NCBI GenBank assembly: GCA_031835245.2
Contig: JAVKOQ020000026.1
Location: 308,396-328,395, forward strand
Direction of reading: 5' to 3'
Source: Balamuthia mandrillaris
Lineage: Eukaryota
Length of the DNA: 20,000 nt
The position numbers and the translations under genes were made by a program. This document shows, in pieces, positions 1 to 11,036 of this stretch. Positions within the stretch are counted from its first letter, which is position 1. Each line of letters opens with the position of its first letter. Below the pieces are notes generated by a model that worked only from the letters and a program-made list of their open reading frames with translations, did not search any database and had not been told where the DNA came from.

Positions 1-488
1 TGCAATGGGTGAGAGCCGTTTTGATCCAACACTCCGCCTTTTTGATGACTTTGCCCAATTTGGCGGCCACCCTCTCCTCCCTCTATCAAACGATCGATAC
101 CCGGATTTCTGCATTCAAGCGCTTCCTCAAGTTGAGCGGAAGGTTGGACCTGCTTTTGTCTCAGATAGAGGAGAAGGAGCGAACCACCTCTTTGTCTCGT
201 TCTAGACCATCCACCATCTACAATGAAGGTTTGTGTTTGTTTTTTTTTGTTCTCCTCCCTTTCTGTTCTTTTTCTGATTCCGTTTGCTTTTTTTTTTGGT
301 TGTACACAAACACAAAATTAGATGAAGATGATGAGGATATGGAAGAAGAAGACATGGATGAAGAAGATGAGGACGAGGATGAAGATGAAGATGAAGAAGA
401 TGAGGAGGAGGAGGAGGAGGAGGAAGAAGAAGACGAGGAAGAGAACGAAGCAGCAGCAGAAGAAGAGGAAGAAGAAGAAGATGACTAA
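1..488 (+). CDS. UTP5: 3' end of SSU processome component UTP5/WDR43 (C-terminal Utp12-type domain + acidic tail); 5'-partial
   Basis: Exons <1..228 and 322..488; GT-AG intron 229..321 (93 nt). Translation QWVRAVLIQHSAFLMTLPNL...LSSLYQTIDTRISAFKRFLKLSGRLDLLLSQI resembles the remembered WDR43/Utp5 C-terminal pattern (W...H..YL...P.L...L..L...ID.R....KL..L.GRL.LL..Q). It is followed by a D/E-rich tail and TAA at 486-488. Confidence 0.85.
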   Translation, partial: QWVRAVLIQHSAFLMTLPNLAATLSSLYQTIDTRISAFKRFLKLSGRLDLLLSQIEEKERTTSLSRSRPSTIYNEGLCLFFFVLLPFCSFSDSVCFFFWLYTNTKLDEDDEDMEEEDMDEEDEDEDEDEDEEDEEEEEEEEEEDEEENEAAAEEEEEEEDD

Positions 489-673
489 ACTAATTTTTTG
501 GATGGCAAAAAAATTACACCCAAATTTTACCATAAAAAGATAAAAGTGACGATAAAAGGAAATAAATTCGAAACGGTTCACTCAATTACCCCTCAAGCAT
601 CCCAAATTTAGCATGAAATCTTTTTAAAAAAAAAACAAACAAACAACCAGCAAGAAGCAAAACACAACAAGCC

Positions 674-3324
674 ATGAGCAGTTCGGATTCCTCTATTTCG
701 GATGACCTGTTTAGCGACAGCGAGAGCGAGACGGAGGAGGACATAAAGAAGAGGGAAGAGTATGTGAAGACTTTGGAGAGGGAGGTTCAATTGTTGAAGA
801 AATTGAAGTATCTTGAAAGAAAGAGAGAGGCGTTGGAAGATGATGCCTATGGCGATACGAAGGGCACCAGGGGAAGAACTTCAGGAGGAGATCATCACCA
901 ACGTCAAAGAAAATTGTCTCGCAATTCAAACAAAGAAGTTGTGCGCAGAGCTTCGGCACGGGACTTGAAATCCAATGTTCGACACGAAAAGAATACCCCT
1001 TCCTCAATGTCGGCTTCTTCTTCTTGCTCCGCAGTTCCTACCAAGCAACGTCCCTCTTCCATTTCTTACGGAACAGGCACAGAAAAAAGTAGCAACTCTT
1101 CTTCGTCTTCATCATCACCCTCTTCTGCCTCGAAAGCTCGACCTAGAAGAGAGAGACAACAGAGCAAATACAGAGGTAGCGGAAGGGATCCAAGTAACTC
1201 GATAACGAAGGACGCAGCGAAGGAGGCAAATGGAGGCGAGAGGACGAACTCCGGGTCTTCCTATGCGGAATTGGCCCCTCTCAGCGAGCTCCTAGAAAGC
1301 GCCTCTTCCAAACAGATAGCAACGGAAGCCGTTGTGCTTCAAGTCAGAGACACCATTGAACATTCTTTACAGGTCCTTCCCTTATTCTAATTCTTCTTTT
1401 ATTTTATGTGGTTGTATTATTATTTGTTTTGTAACTTTGTTTTATCAGACGATGGCAGCCACCCACAAGATTGCACTTCCAGTGTTTGACAAAGGAACAC
1501 TGTGCGGCATGTTGGAAATATATGATATCAGTATAATATTCTCTCTGCTCTTTTCCAATTTTGTTCTCAAACCCCTCTGTGTCTCTGCTCTCTTTATCTG
1601 AACTATCCCTTTCTTACTCTCCAGTCGAGTTCGTTTTGGACTGGAAAGAAAAAGAATCTGTGGAGGCAAGTGGAAGCTCTAGATTGCTGGTAGCCTCTAC
1701 GAAAGTAGATGACTTGTTGAGTTCGTCTCTCTGTGGCTCGCTTTTTCTTTCATATTGATTTTACTAACTTGTTGCTCTTGGACGCCTGCATTACTAATAC
1801 TGTAAACATAACAGAAGGAGCCTCCCGAAAACCGTTATGGTATCGCTCAGCAGTGTCACCGCAAGACTCTCTCCTGGTCGTTGCAAACAACTTTACTCGA
1901 GATCTTCAAGAAGTCCCAATTCTTCATCTCTCTTCACCTTCCTCCACAGACGAAAGAACATCCTCTACTCTAGAACTTGATTTGAAAGAGCAACAAGTGG
2001 TCTCCCAACCTTCTTTCCTATCTTTCTTGCTCAAACACAGCAACAGCAACGCGAAGTTGGAAACAGCTTTGAAAGAGAACATCGTGAACAGCGTTCGTTA
2101 TCTTTCTTGCGGAGCTGTGGTTGCCACATCATCCACCCCTTTTACCAAAGTCTTTCGAGACATGGCAAGGAGCAAAGTGCCTGTTGTGGCAATCGTCAAA
2201 GAGGGAGAAGACAGCACTTTGGATGCCACTTTGGAGGTTCATGCGTTTGAAAGGCTGTTTATGAAAGAAAACGTTGAAAGGAACGAGCTTGCTTGGAATG
2301 CCTCTTTGACAGAGTTTTGTAACTTTACAAATGTATGTTCTTGAGCTTGTTCGTTTTCAGTTATGCAGTTAACGGGAAGATACTAACGACTTTTACAGAA
2401 TACACTGTTGGCACCATTGTCATGTCTTCCAACAACAAGTTTGAGCGAGGCGTTAAAGCTTATGATGAGCTCAAACAACAGCGGAGGACAGCACGGCATT
2501 TGGATCGTGAACGAAAAACTCCAACCTAAAGAACTGCTTACTCTGAATGAAGTGTTGCAGTTTCTTCTTATCTCTGAAAAGAAAAGACTGGTACTCATCT
2601 TCTTCTTTTACGTGGTTAAAGCAATGAGAGCTACCAATTACTTGATGCACCAAACAGGAAGGAAGAAAGGCCGGAACAAGAAAAACCTTGGCCATGACAT
2701 CACGAGCGTGCCGCAGGTCCACCGCTAAAGCCAATAAAGAACAAAACACACAGAAAGAAACGACCACCGGCAACAAAGAACCAAAACAAAGCAACGAAAG
2801 TGAGGACAGCGATTTTAGTGACGGTGAAGCAAGAGTAGGAGGCAGCCACACAGCTTCTACTTCGTCCGTTCCCTCCTCTGTTTCTGCTGCGTCATCATCA
2901 TCGTCATCCTCCAGCTTGTCTGTAGAACAACGGAGATCCGCTCCGTCTGCTAAAGAAACGAGCGGATGGTTAAACAAACGAAGTCCCGCCTTTCACAAAC
3001 AATGGCAACGACGATGGTTTGTGCTAAGAGATAACGAGATTAAATGGTTCAAAGATCCAAAGGTAACGCGAAGCAATCCGAACTTCCTTTCAGCTTCTAA
3101 CCCTAAAGTTTCGTGAACAATAGGACGAAACTTCATGTGGTGACTTGGTGCTGGACGCCACGGTGAAGCTATACGAAACTAAAGACGTGAACGGGTTTGC
3201 TCTCAGGTGGGGCAAAAGGAAGTACACCCTCTCTGCCGAAACCGAAATGGAAAAGACAAGCTGGATGAACGCTCTCCGTCACGTCTTTGACAACATTCGC
3301 ATTGGCCTCTACGATCACATCTGA
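674..3324 (+). CDS. CBS-domain (about two pairs) + C-terminal PH-domain protein with Ser/Arg-rich disordered N-terminus
   Basis: Phase-consistent exons 674..1372, 1449..1530, 1625..1720, 1815..2332, 2399..2590, 2658..3062, 3124..3324; all introns GT-AG. CBS-like units include TIEHSLQTMAATHKIALPVFDKGTLCGMLEIYDI, FTKVFRDMARSKVPVVAIV and SLSEALKLMM...HGIWIVNEKLQPKELLTLNEV. The PH domain runs SGWLNKRSPAFHKQWQRRWFVL...YTLSAETEMEKTSWMNAL. Confidence 0.8.
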
Positions 3325-3786
3325 CTATGCCCATCATCATCTCTCTCCTCTCTCGCCAGTTGGCGTTTATGGTTTTTCAAAGAATGGTGTCGTTTCATGC
3401 CACCAAATGTAAAACCTAAAAATGAAGCAGTTTAACGCCTTTATTATAGGCCTTTCGCTATAAAAGGCAACTAAAAATAGTTTTAGGAAAGCGATGGGAT
3501 ATGGGATATGCTTTAACCCTAACCAGTGTTTTGGTTATCGGCGTTTCGTTTGGGACAAAAACCGGGTTTCTCTCTGCTTGTTGAACCCCTTTTTCTTTTT
3601 CTCCTTTGAAAGAAACAGCAAAAGCAGGGAGCAGCCGTTAGGAGTTTAGCCTGAGCAAACCCAAAGACCTGGAAGTTGGCGTTGCACTCGTGGAGAATAG
3701 AAAGCAGAAGAAAAAGGGGTTCAGTTTACGTGTTGTTGTAGTTTTGGAGGTGAAGAAGGAAACCCCATCTTGAGAGAAGGATAAAG

Positions 3787-6700
3787 ATGGAAGCAGTTAA
3801 GAAAGGTTTGCTTGGGCGATGGAAGAAGCCTGCCCAGGAAACCAAAATATTCGGAGTGCCGTTAGAGGATGCCGTTCAAAAGTCTTGCACCACACCGGCC
3901 GAGCTGGCTCTCGGCATTCCCGCGGTAGGACTTCATGCTGTCGAGCACCTGCGAAGACACGGTACTTCGTCTTTCTTCTTTTTTTCGGTGTCTGGCTGTT
4001 TGCTTTGTTGCTTCATTTTGCTTTGAATCAGCAGTGCTGAAAGTGCAGTATTTTTTTGTTCAACACAGCACTTTCAACGGAAGGTTTGTTTAGGGTACCT
4101 GGCTCCGCAAAACAGATCAACGAGATGAAGGCGCATTATGACGCTGGTACAGTACACATATCATCTTTCTGGCATCAGGTCTATTGTTATCATTATTAAA
4201 AACAAAAACAAAAACGATGAAAAGGAGGAACGAACGGAATAGAACTGGCAACGGACGTGCATGCTGTCTCCGGACTGTTGAAGGCGTACTTGCGGGACCT
4301 GCCGGAACCCCTCATGACCTACAGGCTCTATTCCGATCTCATCGAAGCTCAAAGTCGGTCTTATCTCTCTTGCTTCTCTTGTTCCTTTTGGCCCTCTCTT
4401 TTCTCAGCTTCTCTCCTAACTCTTTTTTCATCACGACAAAGGTTCAGAGAACGTTCTAATGAGAGTTTGTGCCGTAAAGGAAAAGCTAAAGTTGCTTCCT
4501 CCAGCCAACCATGCCTTCCTCAAATACCTGATCGAGTTCCTGCGGTTGGTCTGCAAACACTCGGACGAGAACAAGATGACCATCTCCAACATTGCCATCA
4601 TCTTTGGCCCTAACATGATCCAATCCAAGAGCGAAGACGCCGTAGCTCTAGTCGACGATGCCAGGCATGTGAACGGCATTGTGAAGACTATGATCGATGA
4701 GTACGAGTTCTTGTTCGAGGATGCGGAGCTGCCGCAATGTGTTATAGAGGAGGACGAAGAGTGGGCCTTAAGAAGAGAAGAGGAAGAGGCAGAAGGGGAG
4801 GATGCAGGAGAAGGAGAAGGAGATGATGAGATGGAAGCGGAGAGCGAAGAGGACGATGAAGATGAAGAGATAATCAACGACGACGACGACGATGAGAGAG
4901 ATGATGTTGGGGTGAAAGCAGTGGCTGAAGTGGAGAAGGCAGTGCAACGGAGCTACTCCGCAACTAGAGACGAAATGGCGGCAACTGGCAATATGCGCTT
5001 CTCGCACTCTCCTCAGGATGAGAAAAAGATGGCTAAGGATAGTCACTCGACGCCAAATGCACCCTCTTCACCTACCGCACCAACTATGCCGGCTGCTGCG
5101 TTTGCTCCACCTTCTACATTCAGTGCTTCCCTGTCCTCTCCTTGTTTACGTGCTGCGGTCAGCTCTTTGTCTGAGGCAAAACAAGGGTCATTAGCATCAG
5201 CACCACACAAGAAAGAAGCAAATACTCTTGGAACAAGAGGAAGAAGTTCGGCCATTCTTGAAAGCCGGTCCACTGAAAGCTTGTTCATCACAGAAACGGA
5301 CTCTGTTTCCTCATCCACACGCCCTCCCTCTGTATCCCACACAGACAAGACGGAGAAGCCAAGGGGTAGACGCAAGTCCAAAGAACGACCAGCATCCTCC
5401 ATGACCGACAAAGAGATCACCGACATAGGCCGCGACTTTGTGGTTCGCAGCTCCTCCACTCCAACCTTTACCACCGCTGCAGTCAGCCCAGGATCTAGCA
5501 GACCTAGAACCTCAGATCCAAGAGCGGCTGCCAGTAGAGAGAGAAAGTCCACAGCCAGCAGAAGAAGGGAGGAGGATGCCATGTTGGGACCACAGCAAAA
5601 GTCGCTGGAGAAGATGAAGCAGCTACTGAAAACTACCTCGAGCGACCAGTTGAAGGACTCGACCGCTTTTGCAAGTTCAATAGTATCCGGGCCTTCTTTG
5701 TCCATGTCAACTTCTACATTTTCGTCTCCTTCTCCGTTGGCATCCTCGCTCACTTCTTCATCTCCGCTGTCTTCATCGACAACGTCTGCTCCGTTGTCAC
5801 CTCCATCGCCTTCCTTACCTTCACCTTCATCTGCCGCTTCGTCTTCTGCCACCTCATTAAGATCGACTCAGAGTTCCAAATCCATCAAAAGCGTTCGAAG
5901 CGATCGCAACATTCGCTCGTCTAAGAGGCATGGCGGAGCTTCTCTCAAACAAGGCACAAGTCACCACCAACTCCGAAAGAGAGATAAAAAGTCAGCTCCC
6001 AAAGCATCTCAACCGCACTCTCATTCCAAAACATCTTCCTCTGCTTCTTCCTCAAAGCATTCTTCGTCTTCTTCCTCTTCTTCTTCCTCCAAAAGCAGCA
6101 AAACCAAGAACAAACAACACCACAGAAGCAGCGCTGACCTGGCGCAATGTACTTCTATTCGGGCTTTCAGCCAGCAGGAATGCCTCAACGGAGAGAAAAG
6201 ATATCTGGAGCAGGCTTTGAAGCGGCTGATGGCCTGGAGGAAGGAGAGCAACCTCCTTGAGAAAGTGCCGGAGGAGATGACACTTACGGAGGTCAAAGAG
6301 GAGAAAAGAGCCATCAAGAGAGAAATCATTTTCTTTGAGATGGATAGAGCTGAAACTATCGGACGGAAGGTTTGTGTGTTCTCTCTCTTTCGTTTGTTTC
6401 TCTTTTTCTCAATTGGAGTTGTTTTGCATACTTTTAAAAAGTTGGAGAAAGCTGACAAAGAAGAGCTTGCTCCATTGTATGCCCGGTACACCATGCTGCA
6501 AGAACGACTAAAAGAGCTTCAAGCGCCCACTACCACAACCACAACGACTACCACCACGACCACCACGACCACCACCACAACCAGCAGTAGCCCTCTTCCT
6601 CCCCCACCTTCTGCCTTATCCACTTCTTCCTCTAACTCTTCTTCTTCGCCTCCGCCATCACCGCATGTACCTATTGCCATTAAATCCACCACAGCCGCCG

Positions 6701-6828
6701 TTGTTCCATCGATGACAGAGCAGAAGAACGTGGTTGATGTTGTAGTGGATGAGGTTGAATTTAGTGAAAGGGGGAGAGGCGTCGGCAAGCTCTCTAGTTT
6801 GACAAGGAGGCGGACCCTTCTGGAGTAA
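3787..6828 (+). CDS. RhoGAP-domain protein with long acidic/Ser-rich linker and FAM13-like C-terminal helical motif
   Basis: Exons 3787..3961, 4069..4146, ~4225(alternative acceptors 4228/4243)..4353, 4442(or 4448)..6369, 6442..6828. RhoGAP motifs are IFGVPLE, STEGLFRVPGS (catalytic Arg), DVHAVSGLLKAYLRDLPEPLM and NKMTISNIAIIFGPNM. The C-terminal EEKRAIKREIIFFE...GRKLEKADKEELAPLYARY is FAM13-like. Confidence 0.88.
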
Positions 6829-6969
6829 CCTCGTTTTGCTTGTGTTGCTTTTCCAATTTTGTTTTTTTTTTGTTTTTTTTGGGTTAGTCCTTCTTTAGCA
6901 TGTGGGAGAGAGGAGAAGAGCAAAGAGTGAGAGAGCAGAGAGCAATCGACATCCAGACGGAGAAAAGAG

Positions 6970-8852
6970 TCATTGATCCAACTGTGTTTCTAAAATGTGG
7001 AGCATCTCCTCTATGTCCACATGAACACCTTCGCGATCCTCTTCGGCCACCACCATGTTATATTTCATGCCCAACAGCTCGCTCTCCACCCAAAACAAAT
7101 GCCGCATAACTGACTTTGATACAATCTGCACGAGAAAAGTTTCATTCAGTAATCCTAACAGTAGAAGCTGCCCAACAAAACAAATAAAACTGCAGAGCAA
7201 TCTTGAAAATACAAACCTCCAAAATAATGGTATCGGTAGCGCAGAACCGAAGATTAAAGAAAGCGCCTCCATGTAAACCAATCAATGCCTTCACATCATA
7301 ATTGAAGTAACGAATAGTGTCCTCCAAGGAGGGATGCTTCGTGTGGTCAAACACTTCCAACCGCTCTCCCTTGTTCCTTCGTGCTAGCAGCGCTTCGATG
7401 GCGCGGAGGAGCTGTGCCTCGTTGGCCAAGTCCGCACGTTTGTTGCGCACGTTCTTCCCTCTAGAGAGAAAGGAGATGACCTTTCTCTCCTGCATTGGCA
7501 CTTCGAGGTTGACCTTGAAGAGCTCGCTCATCTTAAGGGAGAGCCAGGGATGTATGTGCGGCATAATGCACGGAAATACCATCTCGTCCGCGTAGACTCC
7601 TCGTTGGTACAGTGTCGTGCGTTCACTCAGATTCAGGTAGCTCAGCATTTTGTTGACGGCTCCTCCTTGCATGTTGCCTTTTTGTACCATTATCTTGAAC
7701 TGAACTCAAATTTAAAGAGATTGTTGTCAATGAAGCCAAAGACTAAAATCGAACGAAGAATCAAGAAAGAGGATTGCAGGAAGAAGAGCAACATACATCA
7801 GGATAGGCCTCTAAAAGCTCCCAAGCTTGAGCCATCTTCACAAATGCCCCATTCAAAAAGTGTTGAAAACTCCAGGAGTCCGCCGTAAAGCCAAGATAAA
7901 GCCTCTCAAAGTTTTTGTCTTTCGCAACGTGCACACGTGCTGATTGACCCGGTGAATTCACAATCCACCGCCAATCCGACATTGCGCTGCAGCGAGTGCG
8001 CTCTGGCTGCCACGCAAGTGAGGGGAGGTTGTTGTAGAAGCCATCTTTGACTATCAGGAGCTTTCCTCGTTCGCTGGGAAAGTAAATCTCTTGCGTGTGG
8101 CTCTTGTTTCGTTGGGCACGGTCGACGCAGACAGGATCCGTTTCCGGACAGCTCTTGGATTGTTTGATCAATGGAGCGAGAGTTGGGATGGTTAGGAACA
8201 TGTTCTCATGTGCTGGAGTCTTGAAGGATGGAGCTTTCAGGATGAAGCTTGGATACGCGAACTCGATTCCGTACAGTATCTGCTCACTCTGTTCCTGCAA
8301 ACAAGGGGCGCTATCTGGATAGTTCTGTATCACAGTGCCATAGTTGTGATGTAATAGAACAAAACGACAGACACAGAGAGGCGGAAGAGGGCATTACAAT
8401 AAGTAAAGGGTGACACTGAGAGAGGGAGAGAGAGAGAGAGAGAGAGAGAGGAACGTAACAAGATCGCACTGGTGAATAATGGCAGGAGCAAGTGGACTCT
8501 TCCAGCTAGCATAGGGAGAGTTGAGATAGGAGGCGGTGATCCGCTCCGGCCGTAGCTTGTGTGGGTCCTGTTCTTCTTCTTTTTGTCCTCTAGGTTCAGC
8601 ATCCTGATTGAATCAAACAGACCAAAAAAAAAGCAAGCAAGCAAGCAAGTAGGTAAGAGACCACTTCTTTGCAAGTGTTGTGCTACTGACCTGCCGTTCT
8701 TCTTCTTCTCGTTCAAACCAGTCGATCGGCTGTTCTTGCAGCAGCCTCTGCTTTTCGGTGGAGAACTGGTAGAAAGCGAGCCAGGCGACCTGCGTGGCCA
8801 CCAGCACGAACAACAGAACCAACGCGGTGGGCGAAGGCCGTGAAAACCGCAT
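6970..8852 (-). CDS. Glycosyltransferase family 61 (DUF563) type II membrane protein
   Basis: Minus-strand exons 8852..8691, 8603..8460, 8324..7797, 7699..7217, 7125..6970, all phase 0 with GT-AG introns. There is an N-terminal signal anchor (ALVLLFVLVATQVAWLAFY). GT61 motifs are FQHFL, ISFLSR...R...NEAQL and ALIGLHGGAFFNLRFC...IILEI. Confidence 0.85.
8427..8449. repeat. (GA)n dinucleotide tract in GT61 intron 2
   Basis: Directly visible; reads (TC)n on the coding strand just after the donor. Confidence 0.9.
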
Positions 8853-8863
8853 CCTTCTCCTCC

Positions 8864-8913
8864 AAACAAATAAATAAATAACAAACAAATAAATAACAAA
8901 TAAATAAACAACA
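8864..8913. repeat. AAAT/AAAC low-complexity tract immediately 5' of the GT61 start
   Basis: Visible AAACAAATAAATAAATAACAAACAAATAAATAACAAATAAATAAAC. Confidence 0.8.
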
Positions 8914-9581
8914 AGTAGCAAAAGTAGCGTTTGGGAGAAGAAGAAGAAGCAGCCGCTCCCTTACGGAGGAGGAAACAATGTCAGAAAAGCGAGGAAGTTG
9001 AGCACAGCACAATCGATGTTTATGTCAACCGTTTCGGAGGTACTTCGGCACTTTTTTCTTCTCTCTTCAAGGAACAACGTAGCAGCAGGACTTGCAAGAT
9101 GACCAGGAAGGATAACTTTTCGTACAAGTCTAACAGCAGCAGCAGTAGTAGTAGTAGGCGTGCGCTCCCTCTTTTTCTTCGTCTTCTTTGTGCTGGCCGG
9201 CGCTTTCCTTCCTTCCTCTTTCGTTCCGGTCGCTATCCAGGACGACATGAATCCATCATTTTTTTTTTTGTTGTTCCAAATTTCTCGTGGGATGATGACC
9301 AACTGGTTGGTCCGGTGTACCTGCCTTCCTGCAGAACGCGCGGGGAAGGGAATGGGCATGGACAGAGCAGCTTTTAGGGAGGTAACAGATCTGTTTATTG
9401 TGAGGCTGAGGTCGTCACATAAGACAAAGCAACACCCAACACACACTTGTGGGGATGTGAGCTTTGTACAACGGCGGGTTTGTGCGATGTGAGGTGGATG
9501 CACCAGTGGCAGTGATATGCATTGCGGTCTTTGCTGCAAAACGAGCACCAAATGTGTTGCGGTTGATTGTGGAGGACTGCG

Positions 9582-10037
9582 CTACTGAACCAATTTCTCA
9601 ATGACTTTTTCTAATAGCTCCGCTATCTCGCGGTTTCTTGTTTTGTTCTCTTCCAATTGCTTGGCGATGGCTTTATTTTCCGCCTTATGATCCTCTTCAA
9701 TCTTTTCAAGTTTCTTATCGATTGCTTCGAACGCAGCTTTGACTGGGTGACAAGGTCAGAAAGAGAGAAAACTCAAGTTCAATAAAAGAGGGAGGGGGAG
9801 CGGCGGTGGAGGATAATTCTTACAGTTTACCGTCTGGCCAACAACTGCACCCAAAGAAAAATGGAGGGTTGGGTCCAGTGCGTCTTCTAACGGAACCACC
9901 ACATGGCTGCCGTTCTTTCCCCTCGTAGCGAGAGTTCCCCTGTTGACGTCCCAGACGTGACCCTCCAGTAGGGGGTGCTTTAATCCCCTTGATTGAGGAG
10001 AGGAGGAGGGCGTCGATGTTGGTGTCTTTCGCTGCAT
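9582..10037 (-). CDS. Hypothetical 124-aa protein with C-terminal coiled coil
   Basis: Exons 10037..9824 and 9742..9582; intron 9823..9743 (GTAAGA...CCCAG). Splicing gives a continuous frame MQRKTPTS...GQTVNFKAAFEAIDKKLEKIEEDHKAENKAIAKQLEENKTRNREIAELLEKVIEKLVQ*. No family recognised. Confidence 0.65.
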
Positions 10038-10463
10038 CTTCGACGTATCTGATGAGGTGGTGGTGGAAGAAGAGGTGGCAGCGTAAGTAGAGCCGGCACA
10101 GAGGGAGTAGTAGCTTTTTTCCTCTCTCACTCTGTCAGTTTGCCGGCAAACGGATAAAAAAAGGGCGAAGCGGCACTAAACTGTAAGGTGGCTTTTCCCG
10201 CCAAAATCATTTAAGGAAGCATGCCCATGTCGTCATGTATTTTGCCTACAAATTCATGGTTTTCGTGAAGAAAGAAAGGACTTTGTGTGCAAGTTAAACT
10301 TGAGATGCTAATGTGGATGTGAATATTTATGTACTACGGCGGCGCCAAGATCAAGCCGATCAATGGGACAACGAAAATAAAGCAAAATTGACAAAAATTC
10401 ATTGCTCCGCTCTATTTTTGTGCTGGCTTTTAGTGGTCCTTTTCTTCTTCTTCTTGTTCTTCT

Positions 10464-10913
10464 TCATATGTACATGCCGTCGTCTTCGGGGTTACTGGCT
10501 GCAGAGGCGTTGGTAGTTGGTGTGTCATCTTGCCGTGCGTGCTCTGGAAGACAAGCCTGCAGATCGAGTATCAGCTGTTCTCGTTTTGCAATCACTTGCA
10601 AGTTTTCTGGTTTTCTTGTTGTGAGTGCAGTGACAGTGGAGGTGGAGTGTGAAAGAGGAAAGAGCGGACCTTGAATGGCTTCTTCCAACACAGGATCTCT
10701 TTCCTCCAGCAGGGCTTCGCCAAGCTCTCTGTTGCTACGTTTGAGGTGAGTGACCGAGTGTTGCAGCTCCTTGATGCGAAGCTGCACTGCCATGAGATTG
10801 ACGGTCGCCCCTCCTTCCCCTGAGCCATCTTCTGCGCCTTCTCTTTGTGTGTGATCCCTAAAGTCCGTGAGGTAGACCCCAGGCATCACTTCCTTCGTAG
10901 GATAGCCCTCCAT
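10464..10913 (-). CDS. Small uncharacterised helical-hairpin/coiled-coil protein (128 aa)
   Basis: Exons 10913..10670 and 10606..10464; 63-nt in-frame intron 10669..10607. The spliced protein IKELQHSVTHLKRSNREL...DPVLEEAIQENLQVIAKREQLI...DDGMYI resembles a small fungal/protist family I recall (HL.RSN.EL...EAI.EN..VI...G.Y[LI]-COOH); family not named. Confidence 0.72.
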   Translation of the reverse strand: MEGYPTKEVMPGVYLTDFRDHTQREGAEDGSGEGGATVNLMAVQLRIKELQHSVTHLKRSNRELGEALLEERDPVLEEAIQGPLFPLSHSTSTVTALTTRKPENLQVIAKREQLILDLQACLPEHARQDDTPTTNASAASNPEDDGMYI

Positions 10914-11036
10914 GCCTCTCTCCGCAGCAGCAGCAGCTTCTTTCCTTTCTTTCTCTTTCGTGACGACATGATTTTCAAGACGACACGAAGGTTAAGCATG
11001 ACATAAAACAGAGAGAGCGAAGCGAAGTAACGCGTC

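Noticed and set aside
3437..3495. Short imperfect inverted repeats in the intergenic region
   Set aside because: AT-rich short stems without terminal repeats or target-site duplications; not distinguishable from chance.
3099..3524. Telomere-like AACCCTAA at 3099-3106 and 3515-3522
   Set aside because: Single copies; the first coincides with a probable branch point (CTAAC). Expected by chance.
4431..6923. Long antisense ORFs (148-269 aa) opposite the RhoGAP gene
   Set aside because: Shadow frames of Ser/Glu/Thr-rich low-complexity coding sequence, with no domain signal.
8978..9039. ATG...TGA...Cys-containing mini-frame as a possible selenoprotein (MSEKRGSU...)
   Set aside because: No coherent spliced continuation, no redox motif around the TGA and no convincing SECIS.
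9375..9600. -1 frameshift extension of the 124-aa gene (EIGSVAQSS...NLLPP)
   Set aside because: A TGA closes that frame just upstream and no slippery heptamer lies in the short permitted window.
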